Counted from the stretch's first letter, positions 30,544-39,788 are shown. The stretch: DNA of 64,000 nucleotides from Alphaproteobacteria bacterium (GCA_017453485.1 JAFTEW010000058.1:1890-65889), one strand, 5' to 3'. Numbers and translations: made by a program. Notes: generated by a model from the sequence alone, not told the origin.

Positions 30544-30646
30544 CGACTGGAAGGTCGCAAAATAGGCCGTTCAGTCGGCTAATATGCACACTATCACTTT
30601 AATAGCTTTCAACTTCCAGTCGTCCCTCACCAGGACGTACTTTTTT
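30544..30646 (+). promoter_or_regulatory. candidate transcription-attenuation leader (terminator/antiterminator) upstream of the pilin-like Cys-rich gene
   Basis: CGACTGGAAG (30544-30553) is perfectly complementary to CTTCCAGTCG (30613-30622). That element overlaps the 5' arm of the terminator-like hairpin AGTCGTCC...GGACGtACT followed by T6 (30618-30646). A second CAGTCG copy at 30572-30577 offers a third pairing. Confidence 0.45.
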
Positions 30647-30658
30647 AGGGGAAGCGCT

Positions 30659-32134
30659 ATGAAACGGAATAAGACAGAGTTGGGACGGAGTATGGTAGAG
30701 ATGTTGGGGACGCTGGCCATTATGGGGGTTCTCACCATCGGGGGGATTGCCGGCTATAACTATGCCATTACGAAACATCGGGCCAATACGCTGTTTACAG
30801 AAGCCAAAATGAATGCCGTTCAAATTGCCGGATTAGCATTGACCCACGGATTGCCGGAAGAATTTTCCTTAAACACAGATACTTACCATCTAAATTATGA
30901 AAAAGAATCCGATATCGGGTATGTTTTGTATGCTAATGACATAGCTACTGACGTTTGTCGGATCGTTCAACGAAACCGGAAAGTATCTTGGGCGGAATTA
31001 GTTCTGATTAACGAGGGACAAGGATGTTTGGACACGGATAACCTGATTGAATTTTATATCAACACCCGGATGGATACGGAAACGACCAATCCCGATCGGG
31101 CTGATTTGTGCGAATCCGATGCGGATTGCGGGGAATGCGGGACCTGTCAACCCGGTGGTGTTTGCCTGTTTAAAAATGATTCTTGCCCCGACCCTGCCAA
31201 ACCTTACTGTAATCGCGGCACCTGCCAGGGATGTGAAGACGGTAAGTATCGAAATGTGAACGGAACATGCGTCAGTTGCGATACCATCAGTAAAACAACC
31301 CCGTTTGAATGCCATACATGCCCCAACCATTTTATCTCCACACAAGGGTATTGTTACGATTGTGAAAATACGGTAAATGTTGCGCTGGCTGCAACGGATG
31401 AGGAATGTTACAGTTGCCCTAACCGATTAAATGCCGGTCGTTATTGTTATCACTGCAATTCAAAATTTTCCCATGAAACGGCCGATGTTGCGCTTTGTTC
31501 AAAATGCGCCAATCGCTATGTGACTTATCGGGGATGCTTTTTATGTGAGGGAGAGGTGTCCGCTGACCATAAATCCTGTATTTTTCACTGTCCGTCGGGT
31601 TATTTCGGCAGTCACAGAGGTTGCCAACCTTGTGATAGTTCCGAAGCACGCGTCTTTATGCAACCTGCCAATGATGCCGACGGCCGTGCCGATTGTGAAT
31701 CATGTCCCAATCGGGAATATGTTTCAAATGGGCATAGCAACCCCGCTGATGGCCGCTACTGCGCCATAAAATGTGATGATCCGGATAAATTTTTGGATGC
31801 AAATGGAAACTGTCGCAATTGTGACAGCGATTCATTTGCTTTGGGTTGGGATAACGGACCCAATGTGAATACGATTTATAAACCGTTTTTGGAAAAATGC
31901 TTATCCTGCCCAAATATGATCCGTGATAATAGCAATAGTGCTTCTTGTGTCAATTTGAACAGCACGGCCCAAACATGGTGTTTCACACCGGACCGATGCA
32001 AACAATATTTTAAGGGTAAACGCTATGTTGCTAAGGCAACCTGGGTCTATCAATGCACGCTGTGTCCGGAAAAAGATTCCGAAGCCTGGCATAACTTGAC
32101 AGCCGAGCAACAGGAACAATGTACCCCCGGTTAA
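30659..32134 (+). CDS. type IV pilin/pseudopilin-leader protein with large Cys-rich (CxxC / CxxCPN repeat) C-terminal domain
   Basis: The N-terminus MKRNKTELG|RSMVEMLGTLAIMGVLTIGG is a class III (prepilin) signal with Glu at +5 and a hydrophobic helix. About 43 Cys follow, mostly as CxxC pairs, with five CxxC(P/A)N repeats. The start is at the internal ATG after AGGGGA. Confidence 0.7.
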   Translation: MKRNKTELGRSMVEMLGTLAIMGVLTIGGIAGYNYAITKHRANTLFTEAKMNAVQIAGLALTHGLPEEFSLNTDTYHLNYEKESDIGYVLYANDIATDVCRIVQRNRKVSWAELVLINEGQGCLDTDNLIEFYINTRMDTETTNPDRADLCESDADCGECGTCQPGGVCLFKNDSCPDPAKPYCNRGTCQGCEDGKYRNVNGTCVSCDTISKTTPFECHTCPNHFISTQGYCYDCENTVNVALAATDEECYSCPNRLNAGRYCYHCNSKFSHETADVALCSKCANRYVTYRGCFLCEGEVSADHKSCIFHCPSGYFGSHRGCQPCDSSEARVFMQPANDADGRADCESCPNREYVSNGHSNPADGRYCAIKCDDPDKFLDANGNCRNCDSDSFALGWDNGPNVNTIYKPFLEKCLSCPNMIRDNSNSASCVNLNSTAQTWCFTPDRCKQYFKGKRYVAKATWVYQCTLCPEKDSEAWHNLTAEQQEQCTPG

Positions 32135-32163
32135 TCTTTTTCGGAAGATGGATGAAAAAAGGC

Positions 32164-32192
32164 TTGCATTTCAAAATAAAATGGGTTATAAT
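32164..32192 (+). promoter_or_regulatory. sigma-70-type promoter for tRNA-Arg
   Basis: TTGCAT, a 17-nt spacer, then TATAAT, ending 12 nt before the tRNA 5' end. Confidence 0.6.
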
Positions 32193-32204
32193 ACAACCCA
32201 TGAT

Positions 32205-32281
32205 GCGCCCGTAGCTCAATTGGATAGAGCATCTGACTACGGATCAGAAGGTTGTAAGTTCGAATCCTGCCGGGCGCGCCA
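32205..32281 (+). tRNA. tRNA-Arg (anticodon ACG)
   Basis: Cloverleaf folded by hand. Acceptor GCGCCCG/CGGGCGC, D arm GCTC-AATTGGAT-AGAGC, anticodon arm TCTGA-CTACGGA-TCAGA, T loop TTCGAAT, encoded CCA. Confidence 0.9.
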
Positions 32282-32343
32282 TTTAATACCGATCCTTTGG
32301 GTCGGTTTTTTTATGCCTGTCATTTCTAATGACTCTTGCTCTT

Positions 32344-32829
32344 TTACTTTCCGGAATTATAATGCGCCAATATCCGTCGTTTTTCTATGTTCCAGTCACG
32401 CTTTTTGATGGTTTCCCGTTTATCTACCACATTTTTTCCCTGGGCGACGGCAATTTTAACCTTGGCCAGCCCCCGCGCATTAAAATACAATTCCAACGGG
32501 ACAGCCGTCCGCCCTTTTTTGGTAATCTCATCACGAATGTGTTTTAATTCCTTTTTGCGAAGCAATAGTTGTTTTGGCCGCGTGGCATCCTGTTCAACAA
32601 AGCCCCCTTTGGCCCCGGCATAATCCAGTATATGTGCATTGATCAGGTAAAAACCGCCCCGTTCAAAAGAGGCATAACTTTCATTGATGGTTGCATGCCC
32701 GGCACGCAGAGATTTGACCTCTCCGCCCGTCAAAATAATGCCGGCTTCAAACGTTTCCAAAATCGTATAGTTAAAATGGGCCTTACGATTACTGGCAACC
32801 GATCCTGTTGTAATCAATGTTTTTACCAT
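32344..32829 (-). CDS. smpB: SsrA-binding protein SmpB
   Basis: NRKAHFNY.ILETFEAGI.L.G.EVKSLR... canonical SmpB sequence. Confidence 0.95.
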   Translation of the reverse strand: MVKTLITTGSVASNRKAHFNYTILETFEAGIILTGGEVKSLRAGHATINESYASFERGGFYLINAHILDYAGAKGGFVEQDATRPKQLLLRKKELKHIRDEITKKGRTAVPLELYFNARGLAKVKIAVAQGKNVVDKRETIKKRDWNIEKRRILAHYNSGK

Positions 32830-32847
32830 GGGTTCAATATATCAAAT

Positions 32848-34485
32848 TCACTTGAAAAAGTCAAGTAAAGGCTCTAATACAACTTGTTCCGTGTCAGACA
32901 GATTCGGCATAATTCTTTCCCGAATTCCCTGATGGTAAGAACGCAACCAACCCCGTTCTGAATCGGTTAACAGATTAAAATCAATCAATCGACCATCAAA
33001 CGGCACCCAAAGCAGATTTTCTAAAATCAGAGAAGCATTCGGTCCCGCAACGGTTAGAATCATATTTTCCAATCGAATGCCAAAACCGTTTTCGCTGTCA
33101 TAATAGGCTGGCTCATTGGAAAACAACATCCCTGGTTGTAGGGGGGTATCGGATTTTTCATAAATGACTGGCGGAGCCTCATGAACAGCTAAATACATAC
33201 CGATACCATGTCCGGTTGAATGACCGTAATCCACACCGTCTGCCCGTAAAAAAGCCCTAGCATTTTGATCCAAAGCGATCGGTAAATCGCCCTGCTTTAC
33301 AACCGTTGTTGCCAATGCAATATGCCCTTTTAACACTTGCGTGTATCTTTTTTTCATCAAATCGGTCGGTTTTCCCACACAGATGGTCCGCGTCATATCC
33401 GTTGTTCCGTTCAGGTAATTCCCCCCCGTATCCACCAATAACATTGGTGCAGATAACACCGGCACATCGGATTCTTTTGTGGCTATATAATGGGCCCGGG
33501 CCGCATGTTCCCCTACGGCTGCAATTGTTTCAAAGCTGTCCCCGCGATACAGGGGGGATTCGGCTCTTAATTCTTTCAATTTTTGATCACAATCCGATTC
33601 CGTGATTTGGTCTTTATTTTGTTCCACCCAAACCAAAAATTTACATAGGGCCCGGCTTTCAAACAAACAAGCTTGGCGAATGTTGTTTTGCTCAACGGTA
33701 TTTTTAATGGCTTTCATTTGTTCAACAGGATCGGGCGTGTTGACAATTGTTGCCACCGCTTTTATTTTTTGAAAAACCGATACCGGGGCCAAGGCCAAAT
33801 CCAAACCGACTTTTTTCCCGCTCAATTCCGTCATTTCGTTCGATAATTTATGGTATTCCCCGTCCGCATATACCACCCATCGTTCAAAGATAACCGGATA
33901 TTGCGGAACAAGCAAACTGCGTTTGTTCAATAGCCAGGATACGCTATCCGGCACCGTTAATACATAGGCATCCAACCGCAACTCTTTTAACCGTTGGCAG
34001 ACGCGTTTTACTTTGTCGGCTGTCGTTTCACCGCAATAGGAAAGATCATAGTCAAATGTTTTGGCTTGTCGGATCCCCTTGATCGGAAATAGGGATTGCC
34101 AAATCGATTCATCAATCGGTTCTGTTTTAACGCCTTTTTGTTCCAAATAATTGACCCATAAAACCGACCGCTGTCCCGGATAATATGCCATCGGTTCATT
34201 GGACAGGTTTTGTTTCATCCAATCCGATGGTGTTGTTTGTGTCGGCACTTCCCAAACCGTAAAATCCGATTCGATTTTAGCCTGCTCAGTATAGCGTGAA
34301 TCAACGAATAAGATTTTTTCGGTCGGTGTGATAACGGCAACACCGGCTGACCCGGAAAAGCCCGTTAAATTCTTCAAACAATCTTTTTCCGGCGGATAGT
34401 ATTCGCTTAAAAACGAATCCGTCCGCGCAACCAACAAGGCACCCCATTTTTTATCTTTCAACAATTGCCGTATTTTTTGAATCAT
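32848..34485 (-). CDS. pepP: Xaa-Pro aminopeptidase (M24B, aminopeptidase P-like)
   Basis: The C-terminal M24 pita-bread motifs are present: VDTGGNY, GHSTGHGIG, HE.P and the NEP.Y/E ligand region. The start is at the internal ATG (MIQKIRQLL), 2 nt after the prmA stop. Confidence 0.85.
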   Translation of the reverse strand: MIQKIRQLLKDKKWGALLVARTDSFLSEYYPPEKDCLKNLTGFSGSAGVAVITPTEKILFVDSRYTEQAKIESDFTVWEVPTQTTPSDWMKQNLSNEPMAYYPGQRSVLWVNYLEQKGVKTEPIDESIWQSLFPIKGIRQAKTFDYDLSYCGETTADKVKRVCQRLKELRLDAYVLTVPDSVSWLLNKRSLLVPQYPVIFERWVVYADGEYHKLSNEMTELSGKKVGLDLALAPVSVFQKIKAVATIVNTPDPVEQMKAIKNTVEQNNIRQACLFESRALCKFLVWVEQNKDQITESDCDQKLKELRAESPLYRGDSFETIAAVGEHAARAHYIATKESDVPVLSAPMLLVDTGGNYLNGTTDMTRTICVGKPTDLMKKRYTQVLKGHIALATTVVKQGDLPIALDQNARAFLRADGVDYGHSTGHGIGMYLAVHEAPPVIYEKSDTPLQPGMLFSNEPAYYDSENGFGIRLENMILTVAGPNASLILENLLWVPFDGRLIDFNLLTDSERGWLRSYHQGIRERIMPNLSDTEQVVLEPLLDFFK

Positions 34486-34487
34486 AT

Positions 34488-35345
34488 TTAATCCTTTTTC
34501 ATGACCAGGGTGCTCCACCCATTTATTCGATACCGCCGCACAAAGGACAGACCGGCGGCCTCATGGGCTTTTTGAACCCATTTTTCCTGATTGATCAGGA
34601 ATCCCGACAAAATCGCGATCCCCTGGGGATTTAAATGCCCGGCCAAATCCGGTGCCATCTCAATTAAAGGCTTGGCTAATATATTACAAAAAACCAGGTC
34701 ATATTTTCGGGAAACACCGGCATATCCGTCACTTTGCCAAATATGCATATATTTTTCCAAACCGTTTTGTCGGGCGTTTTCCTGAGCCACCCGAACTGAT
34801 TCCGGGTCAATATCTACGGCATCAACCGATTGTTGAAATGTTTTGGCAAAAGCCATTGCCAAAATCCCGGATCCGCATCCGACATCTAAAACTGTTTTCG
34901 GTATTGATTTCAGGTTTGATAAAGCCTCCAAACAACCATGGGTCGTTTGATGTTCACCTGTTCCAAAAGCCGTTGCCGCATCAATTTTTAACGCAATCAT
35001 ATTCAATGGCGGCGGTGTTTCAATATGCGAACCATAGATGTAGTATTGCCCTACACGAATAGGCGGAAAACCCTGATAACTGGCTTCCAACCAATTCACA
35101 TCCGGCATCTTTTTTACGCGTAATATCGGTGTTTTAATATGTGCCTGTTCCGCGGCAATATCCAACAATTGCTTTAACGTGCTCCGATCGGGTTCGGCTT
35201 CATAGATTGCCTGAAATTCCCATTTTCCGGTATGAACTCCCTTTTCCAACAACCGCGTCAAAACAGCTCCTGCCGAATCGGCCAATGCATTTTCAAAAAA
35301 CGGGACAGCCGCTTCCGGCAAAATCAATTTAAATTCAAATGGCAT
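34488..35345 (-). CDS. prmA: ribosomal protein L11 methyltransferase PrmA
   Basis: FGTGEHQTT...VLDVGCGSGILA SAM-binding motif. The start is at the internal ATG (MPFEFKLIL). Confidence 0.85.
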   Translation of the reverse strand: MPFEFKLILPEAAVPFFENALADSAGAVLTRLLEKGVHTGKWEFQAIYEAEPDRSTLKQLLDIAAEQAHIKTPILRVKKMPDVNWLEASYQGFPPIRVGQYYIYGSHIETPPPLNMIALKIDAATAFGTGEHQTTHGCLEALSNLKSIPKTVLDVGCGSGILAMAFAKTFQQSVDAVDIDPESVRVAQENARQNGLEKYMHIWQSDGYAGVSRKYDLVFCNILAKPLIEMAPDLAGHLNPQGIAILSGFLINQEKWVQKAHEAAGLSFVRRYRINGWSTLVMKKD

Positions 35346-35492
35346 AAGCACCTTCCTTTTCGGGTTTAAGTATGGCAAAATTTTATCCGAAACGCAAGGG
35401 AAAAGGCATATTATTCTTCCTTGTTTTGTCGGTTGCATTTTAGATCGTTTCGTGCTAAGTAGAATTTAAAGTTGTTTTTGTCGGGGGATTAA

Positions 35493-36473
35493 ATGCATTC
35501 AAAGAAAAAATCATTTGCCGTTGTTTATACTTTAACCGGTCAGGGAAAGGCCGTGAAGCACACGCCGATTCGGTTGGATATACCCGATGAAGATAAACCG
35601 ACTTGGATACATTTGGATTTATCGGATGATCGCTCCTTACGATGGCTGAAAAGATATTTTAAAAAGAACGAGTGGATTTTGGAAAATCTGACAAATCCGG
35701 ACATTTGTGATCCGCGCCTGCGTGTTCGGCAAAATCAACTACTTTTGGTGCTTCGAACGGTCAATCGAACCCCGAAGTCCGAGCCAGACGATTTGGTTTT
35801 TTTGCGCCTGTTTGCCCGGGATAATCTGCTTATCAGCACGTCGGCTACTTCTGCCATTAATTTTTCTGAAATGGATGATTTGTTCGAAGATGAGGATGGC
35901 CCTGATACGATTGCCGCCCTTATCCCGACGATTTTGGAAAACACGCTGGACAGCGTGACAGACTCAATCAATGCCATTGAAGATCAAATTGATGATTTGG
36001 AAGAAACGATCATTATCGGTTCACCGCCTGAAGGGTCTTATCAATCTTTATCCGAATTATTGCGGCAAGTCATTGTCATCCGTCGTTTTATGTTGCCCGA
36101 GCGAGAGGCTTTGGATAACCTGATACGCCATGGCACCCATTGGTTTCACGGAGAGACAGAACGCTTTATGCGGGATAATTTTGACCGTATTCGACGCATT
36201 GTGGAAGATATTGATTTATTGGAGAAACGTATTCGAATCAATCAGGATGCTCTGTCTCATATTGAAGATAAGCAAACCCAACGCAATACCTATATGTTAT
36301 CCGTTATTGCCGGAATTTTTCTGCCGTTGTCTTTTTTGGCCAGCGTTTTCGGTATGAATCTGGGGGGTATTCCGTTGGATTCATCCCCCTACGGTTTCAT
36401 TGCTGTTAATTTGGTGATGGTATGCATCGGATTGCTTATCTGGTTTATATTCAAAAGATTACGTTGGATTTAA
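35493..36473 (+). CDS. CorA/ZntB-family divalent metal ion transporter
   Basis: C-terminal two TM helices with the GMN motif (VFGMNLGGIP). Confidence 0.8.
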   Translation: MHSKKKSFAVVYTLTGQGKAVKHTPIRLDIPDEDKPTWIHLDLSDDRSLRWLKRYFKKNEWILENLTNPDICDPRLRVRQNQLLLVLRTVNRTPKSEPDDLVFLRLFARDNLLISTSATSAINFSEMDDLFEDEDGPDTIAALIPTILENTLDSVTDSINAIEDQIDDLEETIIIGSPPEGSYQSLSELLRQVIVIRRFMLPEREALDNLIRHGTHWFHGETERFMRDNFDRIRRIVEDIDLLEKRIRINQDALSHIEDKQTQRNTYMLSVIAGIFLPLSFLASVFGMNLGGIPLDSSPYGFIAVNLVMVCIGLLIWFIFKRLRWI

Positions 36474-36543
36474 AAAAGACTTGCTTTTTTTATAAAAATC
36501 GGCTAAAAGGACCTTGGTTTAATTTTTTTGAAGGAGATATAAT

Positions 36544-36777
36544 ATGCCCTCAGTAGTCACAGATTCTTGCGTTATGTGCAAATCTTGCGTTGAAGTTTGC
36601 CCGGTAGCCGCATTCCATGATGCCGGCTCTCAGGTTGTTGTTGATCCGAACACATGCATTGATTGCGGTGTTTGCATTTCCGAATGCCCGCAAGGAGCCA
36701 TTCAGTCCGCCGATGAGGCCGATGCTAAATGGGTTGAATTCAATGCAACAAAGGCTGCGGAATGTCCGGCTGCCTAA
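36544..36777 (+). CDS. fdx: 2x[4Fe-4S] ferredoxin
   Basis: Two CxxCxxCxxxCP clusters: CVMCKSCVEVCP and CIDCGVCISECP. Confidence 0.9.
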   Translation: MPSVVTDSCVMCKSCVEVCPVAAFHDAGSQVVVDPNTCIDCGVCISECPQGAIQSADEADAKWVEFNATKAAECPAA

Positions 36778-36795
36778 TCAACCGTTAATTTTAGG

Positions 36796-36820
36796 AAGGC
36801 CCTGTTTTCAGGGCCTTTTT
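36796..36820 (+). terminator. rho-independent terminator after ferredoxin
   Basis: AAGGCCCTGttttCAGGGCCTT followed by TTT. Confidence 0.7.
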
Positions 36821-36828
36821 CCAAAACC

Positions 36829-37779
36829 ATGTCCACCGTTTTACCTGCTACATCTGAAAATATCCGTTATGGCGCCGAATTGATTCGGGCCGGCCGATTG
36901 GTTGCTTTCCCGACGGAAACCGTTTACGGATTGGGTGCGAATGCCTATTTAGCCGATGCGGTTGCTCACATCTTTGAAGCCAAAAACCGCCCGACATTTA
37001 ATCCTTTGATTTCCCATATTGCCGACATCGATTTTTTAAATGAATATGCCCATACGGATGATCGTGTCTTATCGTTGGCCAAACATTTTTGGCCGGGGCC
37101 GTTGACGTTGGTTTTAAAACGAAAAGATATGTCGCCCTCACTGGATTTGGCCTGTGCCGGTTTATCAACCGTTACGGTGCGAATGCCTAATCATCCCGTT
37201 GCCTTGAACCTTATTCGGGCCAGCGGTGTTCCCATTGTGGCGCCTTCGGCCAACCGTTCTCAATCAATCAGTCCCACAACGGCAGATCATGTTTGGCAAA
37301 GCCTGGGCGATCGGGTTGATTTGATTTTAGACGGAGGTCCCTGCTCTGTCGGTGTTGAATCAACCATTATTGATCTAACAGGCAAGCAAGTGGTTATGCT
37401 ACGACCCGGCGGTCTGGCCCGAGAAGATTTGGAGTCTTTTTTGAATGAACCTATTCTTCTGTCCCACGGAAATCCCGATTTACCCAGTTCTCCCGGACAA
37501 ATGTTGAAGCACTATGCGCCGACACATCCTTTCCGCATTAATGTCAATATGCCGGAACCGGATGAATTTTTTATCGGGTTTGGTGACATTGGGGTAACGG
37601 CTCCATTGAATTTAAGTCCCTCCGGTGACTTATGCGAAGCGGCGGCACACTTATTTGATTATATGCATCGGGCCGATGAACAGACAACCTATCCGAAAAT
37701 AGCCATGGCTCCCATTCCGGAACAGGGATTGGGTCTGGCAATCAATGATCGGATTCGCCGTGCTTCATACCGAAAATGA
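36829..37779 (+). CDS. tsaC: L-threonylcarbamoyladenylate synthase (Sua5/TsaC type, with Sua5 C-terminal domain)
   Basis: FPTETVYGLGANA...KNRP..NPLI.H...SANRS motifs, with the length of the long Sua5 form. Confidence 0.88.
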   Translation: MSTVLPATSENIRYGAELIRAGRLVAFPTETVYGLGANAYLADAVAHIFEAKNRPTFNPLISHIADIDFLNEYAHTDDRVLSLAKHFWPGPLTLVLKRKDMSPSLDLACAGLSTVTVRMPNHPVALNLIRASGVPIVAPSANRSQSISPTTADHVWQSLGDRVDLILDGGPCSVGVESTIIDLTGKQVVMLRPGGLAREDLESFLNEPILLSHGNPDLPSSPGQMLKHYAPTHPFRINVNMPEPDEFFIGFGDIGVTAPLNLSPSGDLCEAAAHLFDYMHRADEQTTYPKIAMAPIPEQGLGLAINDRIRRASYRK

Positions 37780-37785
37780 AATCCA

Positions 37786-37813
37786 TTGACAGAGTAAGAA
37801 AAATTGGTATAAT
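37786..37813 (+). promoter_or_regulatory. sigma-70-type promoter with extended -10
   Basis: TTGACA, a 16-nt spacer, then TGgTATAAT. Confidence 0.6.
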
Positions 37814-37843
37814 CAAGACGCAGGCAAACAAGGAGATCCAGAT

Positions 37844-38218
37844 ATGAGTTTTTTAGATAGATTAAAACAAATGGTCAGACGCCATGAACAGATGTCCAGA
37901 TTTAGGGAACAAAATAAAATTTTGGATAAAGTTGATGCCAGAACAACGGAATACACAGAATACCATGAAAATGGTCAATTGCTTGATCGGAATGTCTATA
38001 TTGATGGTGAAAGTGTGACAAACTCTCTGGAAGCAAAGGAAAAATATTTGGCTGGTGCATCAGCAGATGCTCGTAAAAAGCGGGAAAAAGCCGTTTCCAA
38101 AGCTGAATCCAAAAATCGCCCGTTATCCGAAGAAGAAGTTATGTCTTTGCGTAATGCAGAAGAAAAAAAGCGTTTTGAAGCAGCCAAAAAGATTGCCGAT
38201 ATGAAGCGCCAACATTAA
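37844..38218 (+). CDS. hypothetical charged/coiled-coil protein
   Basis: An ORF with a strong promoter and AAGGAGA RBS. I recognised no family. Confidence 0.5.
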   Translation: MSFLDRLKQMVRRHEQMSRFREQNKILDKVDARTTEYTEYHENGQLLDRNVYIDGESVTNSLEAKEKYLAGASADARKKREKAVSKAESKNRPLSEEEVMSLRNAEEKKRFEAAKKIADMKRQH

Positions 38219-38245
38219 ATTCGCCGATCATCTTATCGCAAATAA

Positions 38246-38983
38246 TTATCGGGTATATTCCAATTTTTGATACCGGAAAGAGAACGCTTTTCGGGACAGA
38301 AAAATTGGTTTTGCAGCCGAGTGTCGGGGTAGTTGCACCCTTGCCACCGTTCCCGTCCCGGCACTTGAATCATAGAATAACTGCGTCACACTTATCGGTT
38401 GTTGATTTTGCTTTTGTATGAATTGCAAATCCAATAAACAAGGATTTTCTTCCCGATACGAAACGGATAAATTCAAACCGTTCGGACAATCTTTATTTTG
38501 ATAGGTTGTCACCGTCATATGCCCGGTTTTAGTTCGACAAATTAAAAGGGTATCTTCCGTATCCCGAACAAGATTTGTTAATCGTTCCTGATAAACAGAC
38601 GGTTGTATCGGTTTCCATTCTTGCGTTTGCGAATCAACTTGAAAATGTCGGCAAGACGGCTTTTGTTCTATTTTTTTGCCAAAGGAAACAAACATCTGCC
38701 GATAGGTACCTTCCGACCCGAAAAAACGAATCCCCACCATATCGGCATCAGCAATCGCTACATGGTAGCCTGCTGCTTTTTGACGTACTTTCCGAAAGAT
38801 ATTTCGTGATTGTTCTGACAAATGAATCCCTTTGTTTAAGGCTTCTTTCAAATAGGGATCCGTATCAGACGATGCTTCTTTTTCAAGATTCCCTTTTTGC
38901 GTCACCACCATACGACGGGTCATCAATCCACCACATATAGCCATCAAACAACATCCGGTGTTCAGAATTATTCTTTTCAGCAT
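38246..38983 (-). CDS. hypothetical protein with N-terminal hydrophobic/signal-like segment
   Basis: 245-aa ORF preceded by GGAGGGA. I recognised no family. Confidence 0.5.
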   Translation of the reverse strand: MLKRIILNTGCCLMAICGGLMTRRMVVTQKGNLEKEASSDTDPYLKEALNKGIHLSEQSRNIFRKVRQKAAGYHVAIADADMVGIRFFGSEGTYRQMFVSFGKKIEQKPSCRHFQVDSQTQEWKPIQPSVYQERLTNLVRDTEDTLLICRTKTGHMTVTTYQNKDCPNGLNLSVSYREENPCLLDLQFIQKQNQQPISVTQLFYDSSAGTGTVARVQLPRHSAAKPIFLSRKAFSFRYQKLEYTR

Positions 38984-39073
38984 GTTTCCCTCCTCTCCCC
39001 CTCGGGAAAGTCTATTATACCATAAAATGCTTTTTTTGTCAATTTTGGGGAAGATATAAATATTTTTTGGACA

Positions 39074-39108
39074 CCCTCTTGCATTGTTCGCTTCATAATC
39101 CCATATGT
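39074..39108 (+). promoter_or_regulatory. sigma-32 (heat-shock) type promoter upstream of hsp20
   Basis: CCCTCTTGCA (-35; consensus CNCCCTTGAA), a 15-nt spacer, then TCCCATATGT (-10; consensus CCCCATNT). rpoH is encoded in the same window. Confidence 0.65.
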
Positions 39109-39170
39109 GAGATGTCAGTTGTGAGGCATCACGCCCCCAACAACAGGTTTAAAAAAGGAGATTTTAAGTT

Positions 39171-39638
39171 ATGTCACATTTAATTTTAAGAAATCAACAT
39201 GATCTTGAACCGCGGACAACAGACGTCTGGGGATTACAATCCGATATTAACCGCCTGTTTGACGCATTTATCAATCCGTTTAACGGGGGTGAAGACCGCT
39301 CAATTGCAATGACCCCTCGCTTGGATGTTGCCGAATTAAAAGACAAATATGAAATTAAAGCCGAGTTGCCCGGTTTGGACGAAAAGGATGTTGAATTGGC
39401 CTATGATGACGGCCTTTTAACTATCAGCGGCGAAAAGAAATCAGAGTCCGAAGACTCCGGTAAAGGCTATTATGTTAAGGAATGTTCCTATGGCTCATTC
39501 AGTCGTTCCGTTCGTTTACCGGAAAATGTTGCTGATGATAAGATTGAAGCTCAATTCAAAAAAGGAGTCTTGACCATTTCCATTCCGAAGAAGGAACCGT
39601 CACCGGCCAAAACACGAAAAATAGCCATTAAGGGTTAA
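39171..39638 (+). CDS. ibpA: small heat shock protein, Hsp20/alpha-crystallin family
   Basis: Alpha-crystallin domain: P.LDV.E..D.YEIKAELPG...D.V...DG.LTISGEK...F.R...LP...D...I.A.F..GVLTI.IPK. Confidence 0.9.
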   Translation: MSHLILRNQHDLEPRTTDVWGLQSDINRLFDAFINPFNGGEDRSIAMTPRLDVAELKDKYEIKAELPGLDEKDVELAYDDGLLTISGEKKSESEDSGKGYYVKECSYGSFSRSVRLPENVADDKIEAQFKKGVLTISIPKKEPSPAKTRKIAIKG

Positions 39639-39660
39639 AACAACTTTTGGACATTTTAAA

Positions 39661-39693
39661 AGACACGGAATCGTTTTCGATGCCGTGTCTTTT
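39661..39693 (+). terminator. rho-independent terminator after hsp20
   Basis: AGACACGG...CCGTGTCT followed by TTT. Confidence 0.65.
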
Positions 39694-39759
39694 ATTTTAT
39701 CTAAATACAAAAATATATTTATTTTATAATTTGTTATTCGAATATAATCTATACGTTAT

Positions 39760-39788
39760 TTGACAAAAAACTGTAATTATGCTATACT
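39760..39788 (+). promoter_or_regulatory. sigma-70-type promoter
   Basis: TTGACA, a 17-nt spacer, then TATACT, in an AT-rich intergenic region. Confidence 0.55.

Noticed and set aside
30408-30602. 64-aa ORF in the leader region upstream of the pilin-like gene, considered as a possible leader peptide.
   Set aside because: It uses a non-ATG start in the ORF track, has no SD, and its sequence shows no regulatory-codon bias. The RNA alternative-pairing explanation fits better.
32148-32408. 86-aa ORF spanning tRNA-Arg, and likewise the 135-aa ORF at 53315-53722 spanning tRNA-Ala.
   Set aside because: Both read straight through well-folded tRNA genes and terminators. They are spurious.
39109-39170. 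ROSE-type RNA thermometer in the hsp20 5' UTR.
   Set aside because: No anti-SD segment (CUCCUU-like) is available to pair with the AAGGAG SD, and the conserved ROSE hairpin with a bulged G is not recognisable. Only the sigma-32-type promoter is supported.
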